DNA of 54,304 nt. Origin: Deltaproteobacteria bacterium (GTDB taxonomy: Bacteria; Myxococcota_A; UBA9160; JAFDET01). Below, piece by piece: positions 16,681 to 25,445 of this stretch (positions are counted from its first letter, which is position 1; each line of letters begins with the position of its first letter). The stretch spans positions 1 through 54,304 of the forward strand of contig JAFDET010000002.1 of NCBI GenBank assembly GCA_019310195.1, read 5' to 3'. The notes below the pieces were generated by a model. The model saw only the letters and a list, made by a program, of their open reading frames with translations. It had not been told where the DNA came from and did not search any database. The translations under genes and the position numbers were made by a program.

Positions 16681-17175
16681 TCAGCCCAGGCTCAACCCGC
16701 AGTCGCCGCATTCGAGCGCATCGGCGGAGAGCGCCGCACCGCAGGCCGGACAGTCCTCCACCTCACCCTCCTCCAGGGCCTCCGACTCCTCGGGAACCAG
16801 CTGGGCGGCGATGGAGGCGTCGAGCTCTCGTGCGAGCTCGAGGTCCTCGCTTCGCACGTAGAGTCCGAAGAGCTGGGCAATGTCGCCGAAGATGTCGGCG
16901 CGCTGTCCCTCGGGCGCGTCCTCCGCCCGGGCGCGCTCCACGCGCAGGGTCACGCCCCTCTCCTGGAGGCCCTGTGCCAGCGCCTCCATCCAGGCCACCG
17001 GCGCCACGCGCACGCACTCCAGCTCGGAGGCCGGCGGAAAATCCGCGAGCGTCTCCTCGGCAAGCGCCGCGTTTGCATGCACAAGCGGAACCCGGCAGTC
17101 GGCGCACACCTCGGCGTCGGGGCGGTACTCGACCCGGCACTCGGGGCAGATCTTGAACTGCGGCGGCGCGGACAC
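16681..17175 (-). CDS. small Zn-ribbon / DUF2007-like / Zn-ribbon protein
   Basis: CPECRVEY..CADCRVPL at the N-terminus and CPACGAAL..CGDCGLSLG at the C-terminus. The start (GTG 17175) is uncertain, because longer in-frame starts would overlap the divergent lipoprotein gene. Confidence 0.55.
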   Translation of the reverse strand: MSAPPQFKICPECRVEYRPDAEVCADCRVPLVHANAALAEETLADFPPASELECVRVAPVAWMEALAQGLQERGVTLRVERARAEDAPEGQRADIFGDIAQLFGLYVRSEDLELARELDASIAAQLVPEESEALEEGEVEDCPACGAALSADALECGDCGLSLG

Positions 17176-17268
17176 GGCCGGACGGTAGCAGGCAGTCGGG
17201 CTCCCTTCTGCATGCAGTCGGGATCGGGTACACCCGCCGCAGCCATGGCCAATCGCTGCGTCTTGTGA

Positions 17269-17859
17269 TTGGCTGTCGCCGTGAAACGGCATCTCCTGAT
17301 CGTCGTCCTGGCGCTCGTGGTCCCCTCCTGCAAGACGGCCCAGCTGATCGACACCTGGGCCCCGAAGGACTACGCGGGCGCGCCGTACGAGCGTCTGATG
17401 ATCGTGGGCCTGGCCCCGAACGCGGCAGCACGGGCTCAGTACGAGAACGACTTCGTCGACAAGCTGGCGAACCATGGAGTCCTCTCGGTCGCCAGCATCA
17501 ACGTGGTCCCCGAGCTCGAGAACATCGACCGCAAGACGGTCGAGTCCTGGCTCGCCGAGTACAAGCTCGACGGCGTGATCGTGACGCGGGTGAACACCAC
17601 GAAGCCCGCTCGGCACTACGTCCCTCCGCACGACAGCCTCAGCGGCTGGTACGGCGCGTGGGCGGCCGAGAGCCGGAGGGCCCCCAGGAAGGAAAAGTTC
17701 TTCCTCGAGACCGATCTCTTCGATGCGAAGACCGAGGAGCTCCTCTATTCGGCCGTGGTCGAGACGAAGATCAAGGACGACCGCACCGAGCCGATCCACG
17801 CGGTGATCGACCAGCTCGCCGCCGACATGGTCCAGCGCGGCTATTTCCGCGGCCCCTGA
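17269..17859 (+). CDS. lipoprotein of unknown function (possibly DUF4136-like)
   Basis: Signal peptide plus lipobox KRHLLIVVLALVVPSC. TTG at 17269 or GTG at 17281 as start. Confidence 0.6.
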   Translation: MAVAVKRHLLIVVLALVVPSCKTAQLIDTWAPKDYAGAPYERLMIVGLAPNAAARAQYENDFVDKLANHGVLSVASINVVPELENIDRKTVESWLAEYKLDGVIVTRVNTTKPARHYVPPHDSLSGWYGAWAAESRRAPRKEKFFLETDLFDAKTEELLYSAVVETKIKDDRTEPIHAVIDQLAADMVQRGYFRGP

Positions 17860-17884
17860 GGCGCACCCTGGAACCGGGCGTCGA

Positions 17885-18430
17885 TCACTCTGGCGTCCCG
17901 CTCCATTGCGCGGCCAACGCCAACAACACCTGGGACACGGCGTCCTTGTGCTCGACCATGAGCAGCCGCGCAACGCGGTCGGGTCCGAAGAGGAGCTGCC
18001 CGAGGGCGCGTTCGTCGGCGGAGAGCCGCAGCGCGAGGACCCGCGGCGCATGCTCGCGCAGCAGCGCTTCGACATTGCGGTAGAAGCGCTCCGCGCCATC
18101 ATCCGCCAGCACCAGAAGCCTCGAAACGCGTGCGCCGCGCGCAGCGCCGGTTCTCTGGTCGACGTGTGCGAGCCCCCGTGCTTCCGCGGTGAGCGCACGC
18201 GTCGTCTCTTCCAGGCCGCGGACGATCTGGCCCGCAGAGAAGGCGCTGGTCAGTGCGGCTTCGAGCCCAGGCGAGAGCTCGGCTCGCGCCACGCGCAGTT
18301 TGCCGCGCGGCCAAAGCGGGACCGCGCGCGCGGCGAGTTCGCGGGCGAGCTGCGCGCCTGCGGGATCCTCCTCGACCTTCCTGGGTAGACGCAGCGCTTC
18401 CATTCGTGCTCGTTCGCCGCCGGGCGGCAA
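17885..18430 (-). CDS. hypothetical protein (weak L7Ae/YlxQ-like resemblance)
   Basis: 181-aa ORF with native codon bias. ..GQIVRGLEETTRAL..RLLVLADDGAERF.. recalls the YlxQ layout. Alternative ATG at 18403. Confidence 0.45.
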   Translation of the reverse strand: MPPGGERARMEALRLPRKVEEDPAGAQLARELAARAVPLWPRGKLRVARAELSPGLEAALTSAFSAGQIVRGLEETTRALTAEARGLAHVDQRTGAARGARVSRLLVLADDGAERFYRNVEALLREHAPRVLALRLSADERALGQLLFGPDRVARLLMVEHKDAVSQVLLALAAQWSGTPE

Positions 18431-18513
18431 AGTCGGAGGGACTCCGTCAAGTAGTACATCCCAGCCCGAAAGGGGAGGGACGAGCCGGCCTGGTTCATGT
18501 GCGAGACTGCGGC

Positions 18514-19281
18514 GTGCTCGACTCGCTATCCGTGATCGACGATCCCTGGTTCTACGCGACCGCTGTCGTCGCAGTACTCCTCCTCGGCGTCGCCAAAGGG
18601 GGTCTCGCGGGCGGGATCGGCCTGGTGGCGGTGCCGCTCATGTCGCTGACGATCGAGCCCGCGCGCGCTGCTGCGATCCTGCTCCCAATCTTGATGCTGA
18701 TGGACGCGACGGCGCTGCGTCCGTGGTGGGGGAAATGGGACGCTCACAACCTCCGCACCATTGCACCGGGCGCAGTGCTCGGAACCGTCATCGGGCTCGC
18801 CACCTTCGACCTTCTCTCGCCGGATGCGCTGCGCGTGATGGTGGGGAGCATCGCGCTCGTGTTCGCACTGCGCTGGTGGCTCGTCCGCGACTCCGGCCCC
18901 CCGCGCACAGCGAGCTATGCGCGCGGCATGTTCTGGTCGACGTTGGCGGGCTTCACGAGCTTCGGCGTCCACGCCGGTGGCCCTCCACTGCACATCTACC
19001 TGCTGTCGCAGCGGCTCGACAAGACGACCTTCCAGGCTACGACCGTGGCCTTCTTCTTCGCAGTGAACTGGCTGAAGCTCGGCCCCTACGCCTGGCTGGG
19101 GCAGCTGGACGGCTCGAACCTCGCGACCTCCCTTCTGCTCGCGCCTCTGGCACCCGTCGGCATCGTGCTCGGCACCTGGCTGCACCACCGCACCGACGAG
19201 AAGATCTTTTTTCGCATCGTCTACGCGTCCCTGGTCGTGCTCGGACTGAAGCTGATCCAGGACGGGCTGGTGGGCGGGTAG
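18514..19281 (+). CDS. sulfite exporter TauE/SafE-family membrane protein
   Basis: Multi-TM profile with LLLGVAKGGLAGGIGLVAVPLM and a second half GFTSFGVHAGGPPLHIYLL. Start GTG at 18514 or 18499. Confidence 0.8.
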   Translation: MLDSLSVIDDPWFYATAVVAVLLLGVAKGGLAGGIGLVAVPLMSLTIEPARAAAILLPILMLMDATALRPWWGKWDAHNLRTIAPGAVLGTVIGLATFDLLSPDALRVMVGSIALVFALRWWLVRDSGPPRTASYARGMFWSTLAGFTSFGVHAGGPPLHIYLLSQRLDKTTFQATTVAFFFAVNWLKLGPYAWLGQLDGSNLATSLLLAPLAPVGIVLGTWLHHRTDEKIFFRIVYASLVVLGLKLIQDGLVGG

Positions 19282-19300
19282 CCCAGAGCGCCGGCCCGAG

Positions 19301-21556
19301 TCAGGTGCTCTTGCGCTCGAGCCTGGGGATGGTGATGCGGGAGCCGGGCTGGAGGTCTTGGAGGTTCATGTCGGGGTTGTACTCGCGCAGCAGCCAGATG
19401 GGCACGGCCCGGTGGCGCCGGGAGAGGCTCCAGAGGGTGTCCCCGCGGCGCAGCACGTGGATGCGCGTGCCGGCGACCCGGTAGCGCGCGAAGAAGTCGT
19501 TGCGGATCGCTGCGTGGTGGGCGTGGCGGCGCGCATCGAACTCGCTGCGGGACACGCGGGAGAAGTCCAGCTGCACCCGCTGCCCGATCACGATGGCGGA
19601 GCGTGGTCGCAACCCGTTCAGGTGGCGCAGCCGTGAGGTGGGAACCTGGAGCCAGTCCGCGAAGTGGCCGAGGGTTTCCCCCGCCTCGACCAGGATGTGG
19701 TCGTCCGGGCCCACGGCCAGGTGCGCGCTCCGAGGAGGCGTGGCCGGCGCGGCGGCCGCGGGGCTCGAGAGCGGCACGATCGCCGACGCCGCCGGCTCGG
19801 GGGCGACGTCCGGCGGCGGGGCTGCCGCATCCGGGGTGCGCCAGGGCAGCACCTCGTCCGCGTTCGGGGCTGCCGATGCGTCGGCTGCGTCGGGCGGCTT
19901 CGGCGCCGGGGTGGCGCTTGCCGTACGGGCCGGAGCCACCGGCAGCGTTTCCGGCGTTTCGCGGACGGCCACCACGATGGGGGAGCGGCCCGGCACTTCG
20001 GGAAGGGCTACCACGGGCTTGGGCGCCGCGGGCTTTGCGGCCGCCGGCTTGGCCGCGGCGTGGCCGGGCACGCGCAGCGGCTGGCCCACGTAGAGCCGGT
20101 TCTTGTTGCGCAGGCTGTTGCTGGCCACCAGCTTCGCCTCGCTCACGCCGAAGCGGGAGGCGATGCCGGAGAGCGTGTCGCCGCGGCGTACGCGATAGCG
20201 GCCGTCCCCGTCCAAGGTGGCCGGGCCGGCGGCTGCGACGCTGGGGCCCTCGACGCCGGGCAGGCGCAGGCGCTGGCCCTGGCGGATCCGGTGCTTGCTG
20301 CGCAGCCCGTTCAGGTCCACCAGGTCCTGCTGGCTCACGCCGTAGCGCCGCGCGATCTGGGAGAGCGTCTCGCCGCGCCGGACCACGTGGACGCTGTCGC
20401 GCTTCTGCTTGGTGTAGCGCTGGCTGGTGGGGACCGCGGCCAGGGCCGTGACGGCCGAGGCGCCGGAGGGGTCTCGGGGGATGCGCAGCTGGAAGCCCCG
20501 GGGCACGTACTTCTGGCCCCGCCATACCGCGGGCTGGAGCGAGAGGTTGTTTCCCCGCAGCGTCTTGGCGTTGATTCCCAGCGCCTGCTCCAGGGAAGCG
20601 ACCTTGTAGTAGTGGTCCAGGGTCACCGCCTCGAGCGCGGCGGGGTCGTGCCGCTCCAGCGGGCCGAAGTACTTCTCTGCGTCGCGCTCTACGTCCACTG
20701 CCGCCAGCAGCTCCGTGTAGAAGTTGCGCGAGGCGAATTTGAAGGCGCGGCCCTTGTAGCGGCGCACGATGGTGGCGATGTCGCGAGTCCCTGTGGTGCG
20801 CACGGCGCGCGACATGCCGGCCTGCCCGTGGTTGTAGGCCGTGATGGCCAGGGGCCAGGCCTTCAGCTCCTTGTAGTTGTCGTTCAGGAGTCGCGCCGCT
20901 GCCTCGGTGGCGATGAAGGGGTCCATGCGCTCGTCCACCACGTAGTCGACGCGCATGTAGAGCCGGCCCGTGGAGCGCGTGAACTGCCACAGCCCGGCGG
21001 CGCCGGCGCTGGAGTACGCGCGCGGGTTGAACGACGACTCCACGTGGGGCAGGGCGGCCACGTCCGGCGGGATGCCGGCCTCGGCAAAGACCTCTCGGAT
21101 CGTGGGCTCGTAGAGGCCGGCGCGGATCACGCCTTCGCGGAAGCGGTCGGCCTGGCCGCGCTGGAAGCGCACGTTCTTCACGGCCCTGCGCAACGTGGCG
21201 TTGCTCACGTCGGGAGGCCACAGGGCCAGCACGCGCTGCTCCAGATCCGACAGGCCGCTGCGCCGGCCCGCGCCGAGCTTGCGCAGCGCGGCCACGTACT
21301 TCTTCTTGGCGCGGTTCAGGTGACGCTCCCGTCCGCGGCGCGACAGGCCTCGGGGAACGCGGACGTCGTCGTAGACCACGTCCATGTGCACGGCGTCGTG
21401 CAGCAGCCCGCCGCCGGAGTCCACCTCGGAGTAGATGCGCGTCCAGAAGCGCACCTGGGGCTCCAGGGCCGCAGGTCGCGGCAGCCCCTCCGCCGCGGAC
21501 GGAGGGGCAACGGCCCCCAGCATGAGGGCCACAAGCATGGCGGCGGTGGTGCGCAT
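19301..21556 (-). CDS. MltD-like lytic transglycosylase with four LysM domains
   Basis: Signal peptide MRTTAAMLVALMLGAV. SLT core LPHVESSFNPRAYSSAGAAGLWQF..AYNHG. Four LysM repeats (e.g. HVVRRGETLSQIARRYGVS). Pro/Ala linker. Confidence 0.85.
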   Translation of the reverse strand: MRTTAAMLVALMLGAVAPPSAAEGLPRPAALEPQVRFWTRIYSEVDSGGGLLHDAVHMDVVYDDVRVPRGLSRRGRERHLNRAKKKYVAALRKLGAGRRSGLSDLEQRVLALWPPDVSNATLRRAVKNVRFQRGQADRFREGVIRAGLYEPTIREVFAEAGIPPDVAALPHVESSFNPRAYSSAGAAGLWQFTRSTGRLYMRVDYVVDERMDPFIATEAAARLLNDNYKELKAWPLAITAYNHGQAGMSRAVRTTGTRDIATIVRRYKGRAFKFASRNFYTELLAAVDVERDAEKYFGPLERHDPAALEAVTLDHYYKVASLEQALGINAKTLRGNNLSLQPAVWRGQKYVPRGFQLRIPRDPSGASAVTALAAVPTSQRYTKQKRDSVHVVRRGETLSQIARRYGVSQQDLVDLNGLRSKHRIRQGQRLRLPGVEGPSVAAAGPATLDGDGRYRVRRGDTLSGIASRFGVSEAKLVASNSLRNKNRLYVGQPLRVPGHAAAKPAAAKPAAPKPVVALPEVPGRSPIVVAVRETPETLPVAPARTASATPAPKPPDAADASAAPNADEVLPWRTPDAAAPPPDVAPEPAASAIVPLSSPAAAAPATPPRSAHLAVGPDDHILVEAGETLGHFADWLQVPTSRLRHLNGLRPRSAIVIGQRVQLDFSRVSRSEFDARRHAHHAAIRNDFFARYRVAGTRIHVLRRGDTLWSLSRRHRAVPIWLLREYNPDMNLQDLQPGSRITIPRLERKST

Positions 21557-21683
21557 CGTCGTCAGTACACGAATCGGCAATTCTGCGGCAGAACCTGATA
21601 GCAGCGCGAATGGAGCATCCGATGCGGAGGGGGGCCGCCGGCTGTCTTCCTAGGGGGGGTGCTTCGCCTGTCCTTCGTACTCC

Positions 21684-21712
21684 ATTGTAGGAGGTAAATC
21701 GGGAGCTTCCAA
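21684..21712 (-). promoter_or_regulatory. sigma-70-type promoter candidate upstream of the mltD-like gene
   Basis: The minus strand reads TTGGAA, a 17-nt spacer, then TACAAT, in a locally AT-richer spacer. Confidence 0.35.
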
Positions 21713-21766
21713 GCTTCGTTGCGTCTGCGGCGACTTCACCGGGCCTTCAGCCGAGCGGGGCCCGGG

Positions 21767-23278
21767 CTACTTCTTGCGCGAGCGCTTGCGGGCCTTCTTC
21801 GCGCTCTTGCGCTTCTTGCGCCGGGCCTGGCCGGAGCGCCGGGCTGCCTGCTCCGACTGCGCCGGGCCGCCGCCCCCGAGCAGCGCGGCCGGGTCCAGCT
21901 CCGGCCCGCCGGCGCCCGCCATGCGCCCCAGGCCCGGGATGCGGCTCATCAAGCCCCCGGCTCCGCCCATCTTGCCCATCATCTCGCGCATCTGGACGAA
22001 GCGGCCCACCAGGTCGCGCACCTCGCGCTGCTGGCGCCCGCTGCCCCGGGCGATGCGGGCGGCCCGGCTCTTGTCGATCGTCTCCGGCTGGAGCCGCTCG
22101 TCGCGGGTCATCGAGTGGACCATGGACTCCACCTTGACCAGCTCGTCGCCCTCCATCTGGTCGGCCAGGCCGCCGAACATGGGCAGTTTGGAGAAGATCT
22201 CCTTCAGGGGGCCCATCCGCTTGATCATCTTCAGCTGAGACAGGAAGTCCTCCAGGGAGAACTGCCCCTTCAGCATGCGCTCGGCGTCCGCCTCGGCCTT
22301 GGCCTGCTCGTCGTCGTCCAGGACCGACTCGAAGTCCTGCACCAGGCCGACCACGTCGCCCATGCCCAGGATGCGCGAGGCCAGGCCCTCGGGGCGGAAG
22401 GGCTCCAGCCGGTCCAGGGTCTCCCCGGTACCCAGGAACTTGATCGGTACGCCGGTGACGGCCTTCACGGCCAGCGCGGCGCCGCCGCGGGCGTCGCCGT
22501 CCAGCTTGGTCATCACCAGGCCGTCGAGCTTCAGGCGTTTGGAGAAGGCCTTGGCCACGTTCACGGCGTCGCGGCCCATCAGCGAGTCGCAGACCAGCAG
22601 CGTGTTGGCCGGCTCCACCCGCGCGGTGATCTCCTCCAGCTCGCCCATCAGCTCATCGTCGAGGGCCAGGCGCCCCGCGGTGTCGTAGACGACCGCGTCG
22701 AAGCCCTCCTGGCGGGCCCGCTCGGCGGCGGCCGCGCAGATGGCGGCGGGCGCTTCGCCCTCGGCGCCGGCGTGGACCGCGACGCCGATGGACTCGCCCA
22801 GGCGCTGGAGCTGCAGCACGGCAGCGGGGCGGTACACGTCGGCGGCGACCAGCAGCGGACGCCGCTTCTTCTGCTGCAGGTGGCGGGCCAGCTTGCCCGC
22901 CACGGTGGTCTTGCCCACACCCTGCAGCCCCACCAGCATCACCGACACGCGCCCGCCGGCGCCCCGGGCCAGCTCCGTATCCACCGGCCCCATGAGCGCC
23001 GCCAGCTCCTGCTCGCAGCTCGCGACGAAGTGCTGGCCGGGTGTGACCTTGTGCAGTTGACCCTGGGCGTCCCGCACGCGGGTCTGCACCTTCTCGCCCA
23101 CGCAGCGGTCCTTGACCCGCGCCAGGAAGTCGCGAACCACCTCGAAGTCCACGTCGGCTTCGAGCAACGACATGCGCACATCGCGCAGCGCTGCGTCGAC
23201 GTTCTCGTCGGTGAGTTCGCGGACGCCGGCCAGCTTCTCGCGGGCGGCGCCGAAGCCGCGAGTCAGGGTCTCGAGCAT
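21767..23278 (-). CDS. ffh: signal recognition particle protein Ffh
   Basis: GGAGG Shine-Dalgarno. MLETLTRGFG.., GLQGVGKTT, DTAGR, TKLDGDARGG. Met-rich M domain and basic tail. Confidence 0.95.
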   Translation of the reverse strand: MLETLTRGFGAAREKLAGVRELTDENVDAALRDVRMSLLEADVDFEVVRDFLARVKDRCVGEKVQTRVRDAQGQLHKVTPGQHFVASCEQELAALMGPVDTELARGAGGRVSVMLVGLQGVGKTTVAGKLARHLQQKKRRPLLVAADVYRPAAVLQLQRLGESIGVAVHAGAEGEAPAAICAAAAERARQEGFDAVVYDTAGRLALDDELMGELEEITARVEPANTLLVCDSLMGRDAVNVAKAFSKRLKLDGLVMTKLDGDARGGAALAVKAVTGVPIKFLGTGETLDRLEPFRPEGLASRILGMGDVVGLVQDFESVLDDDEQAKAEADAERMLKGQFSLEDFLSQLKMIKRMGPLKEIFSKLPMFGGLADQMEGDELVKVESMVHSMTRDERLQPETIDKSRAARIARGSGRQQREVRDLVGRFVQMREMMGKMGGAGGLMSRIPGLGRMAGAGGPELDPAALLGGGGPAQSEQAARRSGQARRKKRKSAKKARKRSRKK

Positions 23279-23357
23279 CGAACCTCCAGGGGGCGCGAGG
23301 ATAGCGATCGGGTACCATCGGCGCGCCCTGCGGAACGACCCGCGAGAAGGAGCGTTC

Positions 23358-23573
23358 GTGGCGACCGAGGTCGAGGCCCAGATCACCGGGAACGTGTGGA
23401 AGATCGAGAAGCAGGCCGGAGACAGCGTGGTCGCCGACGAGGTAATCCTCATTATCGAGTCGATGAAGATGGAGATCCCCGTGGAGGCGCCCTGCGCGGG
23501 ACGGATCGCCGAGATCCGCGTCAACGAGGGCGACAGCGTGGAAGAGGGTGACGTCCTGGTCGTCCTCGACTGA
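23358..23573 (+). CDS. stand-alone biotin/lipoyl-attachment (BCCP-like) domain protein
   Basis: GAAGGAG Shine-Dalgarno and GTG start. 71 aa with the IIESMKMEIPVEAP biotinyl-lysine motif. Confidence 0.8.
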   Translation: MATEVEAQITGNVWKIEKQAGDSVVADEVILIIESMKMEIPVEAPCAGRIAEIRVNEGDSVEEGDVLVVLD

Positions 23574-24435
23574 GCCCAGGGAGCCGCGGAGCGGTCCCCT
23601 GCGCGCGCGTCGCTTGGACGTGCGCCATCGCGACGCGGCGCTCGACTGTCTCGCCGTTCGCGCCCGTGCCAATCTCCTGCTCCTGGACGTGGCCCACGGC
23701 CTGGGCCGGCGTCCGTCGGCGGGCTTCGGCCGCCCGGAGCTGGTCGGAGCCTTTGCCGGCGAGCGCCTGGTGGGCGTGGCGGCCCTGCGCCCCAGCATCC
23801 TGCTGGATGCCGGCCTGGACGAAGCCGGGCTGGGGGTCCTGATGCCCCTGTTGGAGCGGGCGGGGGGCGGACTGGTGAAGAGCCCGGACGCCCTGGTCTC
23901 GCGTCTGTGGCTGCGGCTCGAACGGCGCGGCCGGCGCGCGTTGCTGGACCGTTGGGAGCAGGCCTGCGCGGTGACACCCGCGAGCCTGCTCGAGCGCGCC
24001 CCCGAGGCCGGCGTCGAGGTCCGCCGCGCGCAGCTCGAGGATCTGCCCGCCCTGGTTCATGCGGCCCGGGCCAGCCTGCGCGAGGAGGGCCGACCGGATC
24101 CCCACGACGGCGATCCCGACGGGTTCCGGCGCTGGGTGCAGAGTCGCGTGTCCCGCGCCACCGTGGTGACCCTGGACGGGCGGATCGGCTTCGTGGCCTA
24201 CGCGGACGTGCAGCGGCCCCAGGGCTGGCTGCTCCAGGGCGTCTACACCTGGCCCACGTTGCGCCGCCGCGGGCTGGCGGCGCTGGGCGTCGCCGAGGTG
24301 TGCCGAGGCGCATTCGAGGCGGGCGCCGACCACGCCCAGCTGGCCGTGGTGGAGGGCAACCAACCCGCCCAGCGGCTCTACGAAGGGCTGGGCTTTCGAC
24401 CCTTCGAACGGCTGCGCACCATCCTCTTCGCGTGA
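23548..24435 (+). CDS. GNAT-family N-acetyltransferase
   Basis: C-terminal GNAT core ..VYTWPTLRRRGLAALGVAEV...NQPAQRLYEGLGF. Start uncertain (GTG 23548, TTG 23614 or GTG 23620). Confidence 0.7.
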   Translation: MTSWSSSTEPREPRSGPLRARRLDVRHRDAALDCLAVRARANLLLLDVAHGLGRRPSAGFGRPELVGAFAGERLVGVAALRPSILLDAGLDEAGLGVLMPLLERAGGGLVKSPDALVSRLWLRLERRGRRALLDRWEQACAVTPASLLERAPEAGVEVRRAQLEDLPALVHAARASLREEGRPDPHDGDPDGFRRWVQSRVSRATVVTLDGRIGFVAYADVQRPQGWLLQGVYTWPTLRRRGLAALGVAEVCRGAFEAGADHAQLAVVEGNQPAQRLYEGLGFRPFERLRTILFA

Positions 24436-24476
24436 GCTAGGATTCGCGCTCTGCGGCGGGATTCGGAGGAATCAGA

Positions 24477-25322
24477 ATGGGTCTTCTAGACGGCAAGGTG
24501 GCGATCGTTACGGGTTCGGGCGGCGGGATCGGGCGCGAGCACGCGCTGGCCCTGGCAGCCGAGGGCGCCAGCGTGCTGGTGAACGACCTGGGCGGCGCCC
24601 GCGACGGCAGCGGCGAGGGCCACGCCATGGCCGACCAGGTGGCCGAGGAGATCCGGGCGGCCGGCGGCGAGGCCGCTCCCAACTACGACAACGTGGCCAC
24701 GGTCGAGGGCGGCCAGGCCATCCTGCAGGGCGCGCTCGATGCCTTCGGCAAGGTGGACATCCTGGTCAACAACGCCGGGATCCTGCGCGACAAGACCTTC
24801 GCGAAGATGGACGAGGCCCTGTGGGACGCGGTGATCGCCGTGCACCTCAAGGGAACCTACTGCGTCACGCGCCCGGTCTTCCTGCACATGAAGGAGCGCG
24901 GCGAGGGCGGCTCGATCATCAGCACGTCCTCGACCTCGGGCCTGGAGGGCAACTTCGGCCAGTCCAACTACGGCGCGGCCAAGGCGGGCATCGCGGGCTT
25001 CACGCGCTGCCTGGCCCTGGAGGGCCAGAAGGGCGGCATCCGCGTCAACGCCATCGCACCGGTGGCCTTCACGCGCATGACGTCGGACCTGATGGGCGCG
25101 CCCGAGATGGAGAAGACGATGGCGCCGAACCTGATCTCGCCGCTGATCGTGTTCCTGGCCAGCGACCTCTCCAAGGACGTGACCAAGACCACCTTCTTCG
25201 TCGGCGGCGGCAAGATCTCCGAGATGCGCATGACCCGCACCGAAGGCGTGACCAAGACCGACGAAGGCGGCCTCTGGACCCCCGAAGAAATCGCCGCGCG
25301 GCTGCCGGAGATCCTGGCCTAG
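24477..25322 (+). CDS. SDR-family oxidoreductase (hydroxyacyl-CoA dehydrogenase-like)
   Basis: TGSGGGIG, NNAG, and the S..YGAAK catalytic motif. Confidence 0.9.
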   Translation: MGLLDGKVAIVTGSGGGIGREHALALAAEGASVLVNDLGGARDGSGEGHAMADQVAEEIRAAGGEAAPNYDNVATVEGGQAILQGALDAFGKVDILVNNAGILRDKTFAKMDEALWDAVIAVHLKGTYCVTRPVFLHMKERGEGGSIISTSSTSGLEGNFGQSNYGAAKAGIAGFTRCLALEGQKGGIRVNAIAPVAFTRMTSDLMGAPEMEKTMAPNLISPLIVFLASDLSKDVTKTTFFVGGGKISEMRMTRTEGVTKTDEGGLWTPEEIAARLPEILA

Positions 25323-25445
25323 AGACACGCTCTCCCCCTGGCGCGGAGTCTGCGCCCCAGGGGCGCGCCAGCTTTCACGAAACTTTAACCCGGCGCAACG
25401 TCATCGACGGGCGGCCGGCGCGGGCTCTCGGGTATCCTGACCGCG

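Noticed and set aside
19850-20110. Repetitive Pro/Ala/Lys-rich coding stretch in the MltD-like gene, with a similar tract at about 36280-36560 in the DUF4124-like gene.
   Set aside because: These are ordinary low-complexity linkers between folded domains in high-GC genomes. There is no exact nucleotide periodicity.
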